64,000 bases of DNA from Eledone cirrhosa (taxonomy: Eukaryota), in NCBI GenBank assembly GCA_964016885.1, contig OZ024741.1:15314001-15378000 (forward strand), read 5' to 3'. The translations under genes were made by a program, and so were the position numbers. Every line of letters starts with the position of its first letter. The stretch's first letter is position 1. Shown here one piece after another: positions 38,556 to 52,200 of the stretch. The notes beneath the pieces are model-generated. The model worked only from the letters and a program-made list of their open reading frames with translations, did not search any database and was not told the DNA's origin.

Positions 38556-39417
38556 TAGGGGCCTCGTTTGTCTTAAAAATGTGAGGGGGACAAACCAACA
38601 TTTGTTGATTCTTAAAGAAGCATGTTAGTATTGCTTATGGTGCCTTTCACATAAGTAAAATTTTACGCTGATTAAATTTATATATTCAAATGAAGTTCAG
38701 ATATAAAAAAAAATAAGCTTAAAAAGAATTTATTATATGAAATATCAAAAAATAAAACATAGACGTTTGAATAAAAAAAATATAAAGTAAATTTGTCTTT
38801 TAATACTTTCCAAATGTGTTATATCTGGCATCATTGCTGTCAATAAATAATTTAGCAACTTCTTCACGACTAATCTTTTTCAAAACATTTCTATGAAGGT
38901 GGCATATTAGAATATGATTCAACCTTTGCTGAGTCATGATCGATCGCAACCAAGTTTTGAGTCTCCACAGAGCACTAAAAGATATTTCAGCTTCACAAGA
39001 ACTGGTTGGAAACATTAAAAGTAGCCTGAGCAATCTCTCAACATTTGGAAACATGCGACGGACTTCTGGCTGCATTTCACCGAATATTTTACGATAATCC
39101 TCGAGAGATGATCCATTATGATGATTTCTATAAAAAAGTATTTCGTTCCTTCAAGAAAATTCAAGCTCTGGATAGTGCATGATCACTTCAGCACAAACAT
39201 TTCCATTGAGTAAAATATTGCTCAGTTTTTCATAATCTGCTAAATTCTGTGAAAAACAAAATGTATTATACATATATATGACTTGTTAGTGGGATTTTCT
39301 TTGTTTTTTAATTGGGAAAAAGTAGGGGGGACAAAAGATGGTTTGTCCCCCGTTCCTGAAAACGTGTAGGGAAGGGGAGGACTTGTTCCCTGACACCCCC
39401 CTGAAACAAGGCCCTCG
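38556..39417 (-). mobile_element. Non-autonomous hAT transposon (internal deletion derivative)
   Basis: Imperfect 14-bp TIRs TAGGGGCCTCGTTT / AAACAAGGCCCTCG, subterminal GGGGACAA motifs, (TA)n flanks. Confidence 0.8.
38800..39240 (-). pseudogene. hAT transposase C-terminal dimerisation domain remnant
   Basis: FPNVERLLRLLLMFPTSSCEAEISFSALWRLKTWLRSIMTQQRLNHI matches the hATC consensus. Confidence 0.88.
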
Positions 39418-39923
39418 TATATATATATGATTTCATTTATATTTGAAATGTCTTCTTAATCTAAATGATGTATAGTCAATCTCAAACAGTGGTTGAGAAA
39501 ATCGGGAAAATGGACAGAATCGCCTGTAAAGAATCGAACCCACCAACTCACGGTGTATGTGCGGTGTTTGTGTGTGTATGTATGTTAATATGGAAATGTG
39601 TATTTGAAGCGACAATTGAAATTTAGCAGTATTGCATTAAAATTCAAAAACACACACAGTTATGTATCGCTTATAAAAACAAATAGTTGGCAGACACTCA
39701 TACACGCATACACACAAATACATAAATACATACATATATACACACCCATTCATATGCATACATATATATACATACATACATACATGCACACACACATATA
39801 TATACATATATATATACACACACACACACACGCACATCATATATATATATATATATATGTGTGCGTGTGTGTGTGTATATATATATTTGATATAATATGG
39901 TATAATAACCGACAGACATACAC

Positions 39924-40001
<78 letters not shown>

Positions 40002-40319
40002 AGTGTATGGACACATGACATAACCACATAGAGGCACAAACATTCACACACACATACACACACAAAAACAAACTCACATGCACAAAGAATACTGATTTAA
40101 AATGGCCGTCATATAAAGCGGAAGCTGTGAATGTTTGATAAAGTGATGTCTAAGTTGATAACACTTATGGAGAGAAAAATATTGTAATGATTAGAAAAAT
40201 GACTGCTTGGTGTCTCGCCTATTTTGCCATTCTATCAATCAACAACACCCACTACCTCCCACCTCGTAATGTCTGTCTCTCATTTGTCTGGTAGTCGATG
40301 GTTTGCCAGTGTTTTGTGG

Positions 40320-41180
40320 TGTGTTAGTAGTGGTGGTGGTGGTGGTAGTAGTGGTAGTGGTGGTGGTGGTGGTGGTGGTGGTGGTGGAGGTGTTAGTAGT
40401 AGTGGTGGTGGTGGTGGTGGTGGTGGTGGTGGTGTTAGTAATAGTGGCGGTGGTGGTGTTAGTAGTGGTGGTGGTGGTGGTAGTGTTTGTGTCGGAGGGG
40501 GAGGTTATGTTGATGGATGTTGGTGTTGGTGGTAGTGGTGGTGGTGGTGGTGCCGGAGATGTTGATGATATTGTAGTTGTTACTGTTGTAATTGGTGGTG
40601 GTTGTGTCGGGGGGAAGGGGGTGATGTTGTTGTTTGTGGTGGTGGTGGTGTCAGAGGGGGTGTTAATGATGTGGTTGGTTGTGGTGGCGGTGTCGGGTGG
40701 GCGGGAGTATTTTTGGTACTGTTGATAGTGTTGTTGTTGTTGATGATGTTGGCTGTTTATTTGGTATTGTTGTTGATATAGTTGTTTTTGTTGTTGCTGC
40801 TGCTATTGTTGGTGTTGCTGGCGTAGTTAGACGTGGTGATGGCAGTTTTGTTGGTCGTCGACATTGTTAGAAGTGGTGGTGGGCTTTTTGTTATTATTGT
40901 TGTTTGTCTTGTTGGTGGAAACGGTACTGTTGTTGTTATTGACGTTATTGTTTTTGTTTGTGGTGGTGGTGGTGGTGGTGGTGATGATGATAGTCGTGGT
41001 GAGGTGTTGATTGTGTTTTTGTTGCTACTCTTGTTTTGTCTTTGGTGATTTTGTTACCGTTGGTGTTGCTTTAAATGGTGGTGGTGTGGGAGGATTTGAT
41101 GGCGATGATGATGATGATACATTTTTGGTGTTATTTTTGTTGCTAGTCATCTTTTTTCCATTGGTGTTGTTGTTGTTGTG
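40320..41180. repeat. Degenerate (GGT)n/(GTT)n low-complexity tract
   Basis: Direct observation. Confidence 0.85.
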
Positions 41181-41191
41181 GATGTGCAAGG

Positions 41192-41460
41192 ACTAGTAGT
41201 AAGGGTGTTGGACTTACGATCATAATGTCGTGGGTTCGATTCCTGGGCTGCGTGTTGTGTTCTTGAGCAAAACACTTCATTTCACGTTGATCCAGTATAC
41301 TCATCTGAAAATGAATACCAGCAATAACTGGAGTTTTAACCCTGCGATGGACTGGCGTCATGTTCAGGAGGGGGGGGGGGGTGTATTCTGAGTCACTTCG
41401 GGCCAGGAAACCGGGATAAGTACAGGCCTGACGCGTATTCTGGCTCGAGACAAATTTTAG
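41192..41460 (+). mobile_element. Second tRNA-derived SINE family (V/Meta-domain-like)
   Basis: TAGTAGTAAGGGTGTT, GGTTCGATTCC, TGTGTTCTTGAGCAAAACACTT, ACTCATCTGAAAATGAATACC, CCTGCGATGGACTGGCG. Confidence 0.75.
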
Positions 41461-41663
41461 GCTGTTGTTGTTGGTGATTGTGACGGTGGTGATGCTGCTG
41501 CTGCTGATCATGATGATGATGATGATTGTTTTATTATGGCGTGTAGTGACCAGGACGGTTGTTTTGACATCGCTGTTGTTGATGATGATATGATGGTTTT
41601 GGTGGTTGTTTAGTTGTTCTTATTGTTATTGTTGAACGCATCTTCGCTGGAAAAGCGAGCACA

Positions 41664-41711
<48 letters not shown>

Positions 41712-41940
41712 GAGTTTGAAGAGTAGTCAGACAAAATATGTCCAATTTTTCTCCTCCTTAGTCCGTAGAAATTAACTAGACAAATAATCATTTAAATGGA
41801 GCTAAGTTTAAGATGTAACTTTGAAAAAATAACAGATAAATATCACAGACTTTCCTCTGTGAGGAAGTCAGATAAAATTTACCTAGTCTTTCCTCTTAGT
41901 CAGTAGAAATTAACTAGACAAATAATCAATTATATATATA

Positions 41941-42049
<109 letters not shown>

Positions 42050-42054
42050 GTATA

Positions 42055-42420
42055 TATCACAGAAAAAAAGAGAATCAGTGTTGTTGCGACGAATGGAATT
42101 ATTGGACATATTACAATCGTTTCTCTGGCGACCAGCTCGAGGCACGATCGATTTGATGATCGAACCTGACTCTGAAAATCGCAAGGTCCTCAGATACGTC
42201 TTGATTCTACGAAGCAGATTTTCTGAAGCAGATTTTCAGTATCAGGTTCGATCATCACATCGATCGTGCCTCAAGCTGGTCGCCAGAGAAACAACTGTAA
42301 TATGTCCAATAAATTCCATTCGTCGCAACACTGATTCTCTTTTTTACTGTGATATCATATTCTGCTCTACGAGAGCATCGAGTGTTCATAAGGCTTACCG
42401 CATACGGACGCTTTAAGCAT
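42055..42420. repeat. Inverted repeat within (TA)n carrying HHRs
   Basis: 42055-42180 inverted to about 42230-42355; related fragment at about 5640-5800(-); same GAAAC-NNNN-GTA|ATAT family as 15.9-16.1 kb. Confidence 0.85.
42105..42200 (-). ncRNA. Hammerhead ribozyme with about 65-nt stem II domain
   Basis: GACGTAT-CTGAGGA-CCTTGCGA..TCGCCAGA-GAAAC-GATT-GTA|ATATGTC; 7-bp stem I. Confidence 0.7.
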
Positions 42421-42421
42421 C

Positions 42422-42480
<59 letters not shown>

Positions 42481-42621
42481 GGAGTTTGTAGTTTACTTGG
42501 ATTATTGTATATTATATAATGAATTTGATGTTTGAAATCCACGACGATTACGGATTTGGACGGAGAATAATTTGATCATAAGAAACAGGTCTTTTTATTG
42601 TTTATTTAATTTATTCATAAG

Positions 42622-42659
42622 TCCTGATATTTCGAGATTGACATCTCTTCTTCCGAGGA
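42622..42659 (-). ncRNA. Minimal hammerhead-like motif with a core substitution
   Basis: TCCT-CGGAAGA-A-GAGAT(gtca)ATCTC-GAAA-TA-TC|AGGA. Confidence 0.55.
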
Positions 42660-43287
42660 AAATAAAGGAACTATTCCAGTGTCCGATGTAGCTTGCATGA
42701 GTATTTGTCATTAAAGGTATCTCTGTCTCAGAGGAAGTCCAGTAATTATAGGTTAAATGTAAAATTGACTGTTTAGTAAAGGTATGAATGTGAAGAGAGC
42801 TACATCTTTGGAAGACTGGTCACCGTCTAACTTTCATTGAGAGGGAATTATACATAACCGGAACAATAAATATGTAACAACACCAACTCTTGCTTATGGA
42901 TACACACACATACACACACACAATGGCATACTCCTGGATACGCACACAAAGGCATACACGCGGATACACATATTTAGACACACAAACGTATACACCCGGG
43001 GACACACAAACGCATATACACGGATACACATATATGCACACACAAACGGATATTCATGGATACACTTATATACACACACTAACACATACTCATGGATATA
43101 CATATATACACACACATACACATACTCATGCTTACACACACATGCACACAAAAACGCATACTCATATATACATATACATACACACACTAACACATATTCA
43201 CGGCTACACCCTCATACCGACACAACACCTACACAACACATATATACACACACTAACACATACAGCCAAACTCACATACACACACAA

Positions 43288-46200
43288 CACCTACACAACA
43301 CAGCTATAAGTATTTGTACCTAGTTCTCAGCCCCTACACAACACAGCTATAAGTATTTGTACCTAGTTCTCAGTACCTACACAACACACCTATAAGTATG
43401 TGTACCTAGTTCTCAGTATCTACACAACACACCTATAAGTATTTGTACCTAGTTCTCAGCCCCTACACAACACACCTATAAGTATGTGTACCTAGTTCTC
43501 AGTATCTACACAACACACCTATAAGTATTTGTACCTAGTTCTCAGCCCCTACACAACACACCTATAAGTATGTGTACCTAGTTCTCAGTATCTACACAAC
43601 ACACCTATAAGTATTTGTACCTAGTTCTCAGCCCCTACACAACACACCTATAAGTATGTGTACCTAGTTCTCAGTATCTACACCACACACCTATAAGTAT
43701 GTGTACCTAGTTCTCAGTACCTACACAACACACCTATAAGTATGTGTACCTAGTTCTCAGCCCCTACACAACACAGCTATAAGTATGTGTACCTAGTTCT
43801 CAGCTACTACACAACACACCAACAAGTATGTGTACCTAGTTCTCAGCCCCTACACAACACACCTATAAGTAGGTCTACCTAGTTATCAGCACCTACACAA
43901 CACAGCTATAAGTATGTGTTCCTAGCTCTCAGCCCCTACACAACACACCTATAAGTATGTGTACCTAGTTCTCTGTATCTACACAGCACACCTATAAGTA
44001 TGTGTACCTAGTTCTCACCCCCTACACAACACAGCTATAAGTATGTGTACCAAGTTCTCTGCCACTACACAACACAGCTATAAGTATGTGTACATAGTTC
44101 TCTGTATCTACACAACGCACCTATAATATGTGTACCTAGTTCTCAGCCACTACACAGCACACCTATAAGTATGTCTACCTAGTTCTCAGCCCCTACACAA
44201 CACACCTATAAGTATGTGTACCTAGTTCTCAGCCCCTACACAACACACCTATAAGTATGTGTACCTTGTTCTCAGTATCTACACAACACACCTATAAGTA
44301 TGTCTACCTAGTTCTCAGCTCCTACACAACACAGCTATAATTATGTGTACCTTGTTATCAGTCCTTACACAACACAGATATAAGTATGTGTACTTAGTTC
44401 TCAGCCACTACAAAACACACCTATAAGTATGTGTACCTAGTTCTCAGTATCTACACAACACAGCTATAAGTATGTGTACCTAGTTCTCAGCCACTACACA
44501 ACACACCTATAAGTATGTGTACCTAGTTCTCAGCTACTACACAACACACCTATAAGTATGTGTACCTCGTTCTCAGTATCTACACAACACACATATAAGT
44601 AAGTGTACCTAGTTCTCAGCCACTACACAACACACCTATAAGTATGTGTACCTAGTTCTCAGCCCCTACACAACACACCTATAAGTATGTGTACCTAGTT
44701 CTCAGTATCTACACAACACACCTATAAGTATGTGTATCTAGTTCTCAGTATCTACACGACACACCTATAAGTATGTCTACCTAGTTCTCAGCTCCTACAC
44801 GACACAGCTATAATTATGTGTACCTAGTTATCAGTCCTTACACAACACAGCTATAAGTATGTGTACTTAGTTCTCAGCCACTACACAACACACGTATAAG
44901 TATGTGTACCTAGTTCTCAGCCCCTACACAACACAGCTATAAGTATGTGTACCTAGTTCTCAGCCCCTACACAACTCACCTATAAGTATGCGTACCTAGT
45001 TCTCAACCCTACACAACACACCTATAAGTATGTCTACCTAGTTCTCAGCTCCTACACGACACAGCTATAATTATGTGTACCTAGTTATCAGTCCTTACAC
45101 AACACACGTATAAGTATGTGTACCTAGTTCTCAGCCCCTACACAACACAGCTATAAGTATGTGTACCTAGTTCTCAGCCCCTACACAACTCACCTATAAG
45201 TATGCGTACCTAGTTCTCAACCCTACACAACACACCTATAAGTATGTATACCTAGTTCTCAGTATCTACACAACACACCTATAAGTATGTGTACCTAGTT
45301 CTCAGTATCTACACAACAAAGCTATAAGTATGTGTACCTAGTTCTCAGCCACTACACAACACACCTATAAGTATGTGTACCTAGTTCTCAGCCACTACAC
45401 AACACACCTATAAGTATGTGTACCTCGTTCTCAGTATCTACACAACACACATATAAGTAAGTGTACCTAGTTCTCAGCCACTACACAACACACCTATAAG
45501 TATGTGTACCTAGTTCTCAGCCCCTACACAACACACCTATAAGTATGTGTACCTAGTTCTCAGTATCTACACAACACACCTATAAGTATGTGTATCTAGT
45601 TCTCAGCCCCTACACAACACACCTATAAGTATGTGTACCTAGTTCTCAGTATCTACACAACACACCTATAAGTATGTGAACCTAGTTCTCAGTATCTACA
45701 CAACACACCTATAAGTATGTGTACCTAGTTCTCAGTATCTACACAGCACACCTATAAGTATGTCTACCTAGGTCTCAGATCCTACACAACACACCTATAA
45801 GTATGTGTAAATAGTTCTGAGCCCATACACAACACACATACAAGTATGTCTACCTAGGTCTCAGCCCCTACACAACACAGCTATAAGTATGTGAACCTAG
45901 TTCTCACTATCTACACAGCACACCTATAAGTATGTGTACCTAGTTCTCAGCCCCTACACAACACACCTATAAGTATGTGTACCTTGTTCTCAGTATCTAC
46001 ACAACACACCTATAAGTATGTCTACCTAGTTCTCAGCTCCTACACAACACAGGTATAATTATGTGTACCTAGTTATCAGCCCTTACACAACACAGCTATA
46101 AGTATGTGTACTTAGTTCTCAGCCACTACACAAAACACGTATAAGTATGTGTACCTAGTTCTCAGTATCTACACAACACAGCTATAAGTATGTGTACCTA

Positions 46201-49200
46201 GTTCTCAGCCACTACAAAACACACCTATAAGTATGTGTACCTAGATTCTCAGTCACCGCACAACACACCTATAAGTATGTGTACCTAGTTCTCAGTATCT
46301 ACACAACACATCTATAAGTATGTGTAGCTAGTTCTCAGTATCTACACAACACACCTATAAGTATGCGTATGTAGTTCTCAGCCACTACACAACACACCTA
46401 TAAGTATGTGTACCTAGTTCTCAGCATCTACACAACACACCTATAAGTAAGTGTACCTAGTTCTCAGCCCCTACACAACACACCTATAAGTATGTGTACC
46501 TAGTTCTCAACCCCTACACAACACACCTATAGGTATGTGTACCTAGTTTTCAGCCCCTACAGAACACACCTATAAGTATGTGTACCTAGTTCTCAGCCCC
46601 TACACAACACAGCTATAAGTATGTGTACCTAGTTCTCAGCCACTACACAACACACCTATAAGTATATGTACCTAGTTCTCAGCCCCTACACAACACACCT
46701 ATAAGTATGTGTACCTAGTTCTCAGTATCTACACAACACACCTTTAAGTTTGTGTACCTAGCTCTCAGTATCTACACAACACACCTATAAGTATGTGTAC
46801 CTAGTTCTCAGCATCTACACAACACACCTATAAGTAAGTGTACCTAGTTCTCAGCCCCTACACAACACACCTATAAGTATGTGTACCTAGTTCTCAGCCC
46901 CTACAAAACACACCTGTAAGTATGTGTACCTAGTTCTGAGCACCTACACAACACACCTATAAGTATCTGTACCTAGTTCTCAGTCCCTACACAACACACC
47001 TATAAGTATGTGTACCTAGTTCTCAGTATCTACACAACACACCTACAAGTATGTGTACCTAGTTCTCAGTATCTACACAACTTACCTATAAGTATGTGTA
47101 CCTACTTCTCAGTCCCTACACAACACACCTATAAGTATGTTTACCTAGTTCTCTCTATCTACACAACACACCCATAAGTATGTGTACCTAGTTCTCAGTA
47201 TCTACACAATACACCTATAAGTATGTGTACCTAGTTCTCAGCCCTACACAACACAGCTGTAAGTATGTGTACCTAGTTCTCAGCCCCTACACAAAACACC
47301 TATAAGTATCTGTACCTAGTTCTCAGCCCCTACACAACACACCTAAAATTATCTGTACCTAGTTCTCAGTCACTACACAACACACCTATAAATATGTGTA
47401 CCTAGCTCTCAGTATCTACACAACACAGCTATTAGTATGTGTACCTAGTTCTCAGCCCCTACACAACGCACCTATAATTATGTGTACCTAGTTCTCAGTA
47501 TTTACACAACATATCTACAAGTATGTCTACCTAGGACTCAGCCCCTACACAACACACCTATAAGTATGTGTACCTAGTTCTCAGCCCCTACACAACACAC
47601 ATACAAGTATGTCTACCTAGGTATCAGCCTCTACACAACACACCTATAAGTATGTGTACCTTGTTCTCAGCCCCTACACAACAGACCTATAAGTATGTGT
47701 CCCTAGTTCTCAGTATCTACACAACACAACTATTAGTATGTGTACCTAGTTCTCAGCCCCTACACAACACCCCTATAAGTATGTGTACCTAGTTCTCAGC
47801 CACTACACAACTCAGCTATAAGTATGTGTACCTAGTTATCAACCCTTACACAACACACCTATAAGTATGTGTACCTAGTTCTCAGTATCTACACAACACA
47901 CTTATAAGTATGTGTACCTAGTTCTCAGCCACTACACAACACACCTATAATTATGTGTACCTAGTTCTCAGTATCTACACAACTCACCTAAAGTATGTGT
48001 ACCTCGTTCTCAGTATCTACACAACACACCTATAAGTATGTGTACTTAGTTCTCAGCTCCTACACAACACACCTATAAGTATGTGTACCTAGTTCTCAGC
48101 CCCTACACAACACACATATAAGTATGTGTACCTAGTTTTCAGTATCTACACAACACACCTATAAGTATGTGTACCTAGTTCTCTGTATCTACACAACACA
48201 CCTATAAATATGTGTACCTAGTTCTCAGCCCCTACACAACACACATATAAGTATGTGTACCTAGTTCTCAGTATCTACACAACACACCTATAAGTATGTG
48301 TACCTAGTTCTCAGTATCTACACAACACACCTATAAATATGTGTACCTAGTTCTCAGTTTCTACACAACACAGCTATAATTATGTGTACCTAGTTATCAG
48401 CCCTTACACAACACAGCTATAAGTATGTGTACTTAGTTCTCAGCCACTACACAACACACGTATAAGTATGTGTACCTAGTTCTCAGTATCTACACAACAC
48501 AGCTATAAGTATGTGTACCTAGTTCTCAGCCACTACAAAACACACCTATAAGTATGTGTACCTAGATTCTCAGTCACCGCACAACACACCTATAAGTATG
48601 TGTACCTAGTTCTCAGTATCTACACAATACATCTATAAGTATGTGTACCTAGTTCTCAGTATCTACACAACACACCTATAAGTATGCGTATGTAGTTCTC
48701 AGCCACTACACAACACACCTATAAGTATGTGTACCTAGTTCTCGGCATCTACACAACACACCTATAAGTAAGTGTACCTAGTTCTCAGCCCCTACACAAC
48801 ACACCTATAAGTATGTGTACCTAGTTCTCAACCCCTACACAACACACCTATAGGTATGTGTACCTAGTTTTCAGCCCCTACAGAACACACCTATAAGTAT
48901 GTGTACCTAGTTCTCAGCCCCTACACAACACAGCTATAAGTATGTGTACCTAGTTCTCAGCCACTACACAACACACCTATAAGTATGTGTACCTAGTTCT
49001 CAGCCCCTACACAACACACCTATAAGTATGTGTACCTAGTTCTCAGTATCTACACAACACACCTTTAAGTTTGTGTACCTAGCTCTCAGTATCTACACAA
49101 CACACCTATAAGTATGTGTACCTAGTTCTCAGCATCTACACAACACACCTATAAGTATGTGTACCTAGTTCTCAGCCCCTACACAACACACCTGTAAGTA

Positions 49201-52200
49201 AGTGTACCTAGTTCTGAGCACCTACACAACACACCTATAAGTATCTGTACCTAGTTCTCAGTCTCTACACAACACACCTATAAGTATGTGTACCTAGTTC
49301 TCAGTATCTACACAACACACCTACAAGTATGTGTACCTAGTTCTCAGTATCTACACAACTTACCTATAAGTATGTGTACCTACTTCTCAGTCCCTACACA
49401 ACACACCTATAATTATGTTTACCTAGTTCTCTCTATCTACACAACACACCCATAAGTATGTGTACCTAGTTCTCAGTATCTACACAATACACCTATAAGT
49501 ATGTGTACCTAGTTCTCAGCCCCTACACAACACACCTATAAGTATGTGTACCTAGTTCTCAGCCCTACACAACACAGCTGTAAGTATGTGTACCTAGTTC
49601 TCAGCCCCTACACAAAACACCTATAAGTATCTGTACCTAGTTCTCAGCCCCTACACAACACACCTATAATTATCTGTACCTAGTTCTCAGTCACTACACA
49701 ACACACCTATAAATATGTGTACCTAGCTCTCAGTATCTACACAACACAGCTATTAGTATGTGTACCTAGTTCTCAGCCCCTACACAACGCACCTATAATT
49801 ATGTGTACCTAGTTCTCAGTATTTACACAACATATCTACAAGTATGTCTACCTAGGTCTCAGCCCCTACACAACACACCTATAAGTATGTGTACCTAGTT
49901 CTCAGCCCCTACACAACACACCTACAAGTATGTCTACCTAGGTATCAGCCCCTACACAACACACCTATAAGTATGTGTACCTTGTTCTCAGCCCCTACAC
50001 AACAGACCTATAAGTATGTGTCCCTAGTTCTCAGTATCTACACAACACAACTATTAGTATGTGTACCTAGTTCTCAGCCCCTACACAACACCCCTATAAG
50101 TATGTGTACCTAGTTCTCAGCCACTACACAACTCAGCTATAAGTATGTGTACCTAGTTATCAACCCTTACACAACACACCTATAAGTATGTGTACCTAGT
50201 TCTCAGTATCTACACAACACACTTATAAGTATGTGTACCTAGTTCTCAGCCACTACACAGCACACCTATAATTATGTGTACCTAGTTCTCAGTATCTACA
50301 CAACTCACCTAAAGTATGTGTACCTCGTTCTCAGTATCTACACAACACACCTATAAGTATGTGTACTTAGTTCTCAGCTCCTACACAACACACCTATAAG
50401 TATGTGTACCTAGTTCTCAGCCCCTACACAACACACATATAAGTATGTGTACCTAGTTCTCAGTATCTACACAACACACCTATAAGTATGTGTACCTAGT
50501 TCTCTGTATCTACACAACACACCTTTAAATATGTGTACCTAGTTCTCAGCCCCTACACAACACACATATAAGTATGTGTACCTAGTTCTCAGTATCTACA
50601 CAACACACCTATAAGTATGTGTACCTAGTTCTCAGTATCTACACAACACACCTATAAATATGTGTACCTAGTTCTCAGTTTCTACACAACACACCTATAA
50701 GTATGTGTACCTAGTTATCAGTATCTACACAACACACCTATAAGTATGTGTACCAAGCTCTCAGTATCTACACAACACATATATAAGTATGTGTACCTAG
50801 TTCTCAGTACCTACACAACACACCTATAAGTACGTGTACCTAGTTCTCAGCCCCTACACAACACACCTATAAGTATGTGTACCTAGTTCTCAGCCCCTAC
50901 ACAACACAGCTATAAGTATGTGTACCTAGTTCTCAGCCCCTACACAACACATATATAAGTATGTGTACCTAGTTCTCAGTATCTACACAACACACCTATA
51001 AGTATCTGTACCTAGTTCTCAGCCCCTACACAACACACCTATAATTATCTGTACCTAGTTCTCAGTCACTGCACAACACACCTATAAATATGTGTACCTA
51101 GCTCTCAGTATCTACACAACACAGCTATAAGTATGTGTACCTAGTTCTCAGCCCCTACACAACGCACCTATAATTATGTGTACCTAGTTCTCAGTATTTA
51201 CACAACATATCTACAAGTATGTCTACCTAGGTCTCAGCCCCTACACAACACACCTATAAGTATGTGTACCTAGTTCTCAGCCCCTACACAACACACCTAC
51301 AAGTATGTCTACCTAGGTATCAGCCCCTACACAACACACCTATAAGTATGTGTACCTTGTTCTCAGCCCCTACACAACAGACCTATAAGTATGTGTCCCT
51401 AGTTCTCAGTATCTACACAACACAACTATTAGTATGTGTACCTAGTTCTCAGCCGCTACACAACACCCCTATAAGTATGTGTACCTAGTTCTCAGCCACT
51501 ACACAACTCAGCTATAAGTATGTGTACCTAGTTATCAACCCTTACACAACACACCTATAAGTATGTGTACCTAGTTCTCAGTATCTACACAACACACTTA
51601 TAAGTATGTGTACCTAGTTCTCAGCTACTACACAACACACCTATAATTATGTGTACCTAGTTCTCAGTATCTACACAACTCACCTAAAGTATGTGTACCT
51701 CGTTCTCAGTATCTACACAACACACCTATAAGTATGTGTACTTAGTTCTCAGCTCCTACACAACACACCTATAAGTATGTGTACCTAGTTCTCAGCCCCT
51801 ACACAACACACATATAAGTATGTGTACCTAGTTCTCAGTATCTACACAACACACCTATAAGTATGTGTACCTAGTTCTCTGTATCTACACAACACACCTA
51901 TAAATATGTGTACCTAGTTCTCAGCCCCTACACAACACACATATAAGTATGTGTACCTAGTTCTCAGTATCTACACAACACACCTATAAGTATGTGTACC
52001 TAGTTCTCAGCCCCTACACAACACATATATAAGTATGTGTACCTAGTTCTCAGTATCTACACAACACACCTATATTATGTGTACCTAGTTCTCAGCCACT
52101 ACACAACACACCTATAAGTATGTGTACCTAGTTCTCACCCCCTACACAACACAGCTATAAGTATGTGTACCAAGTTCTCTGCCACTACACAACACAGCTA

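Noticed and set aside
41192-41250. tRNA gene
   Set aside because: A and B boxes belong to a SINE head; no complete cloverleaf
41757-41930. 34-bp direct repeat about 138 bp apart between (TA)n tracts, as another retrozyme unit
   Set aside because: No complete HHR core found on either strand
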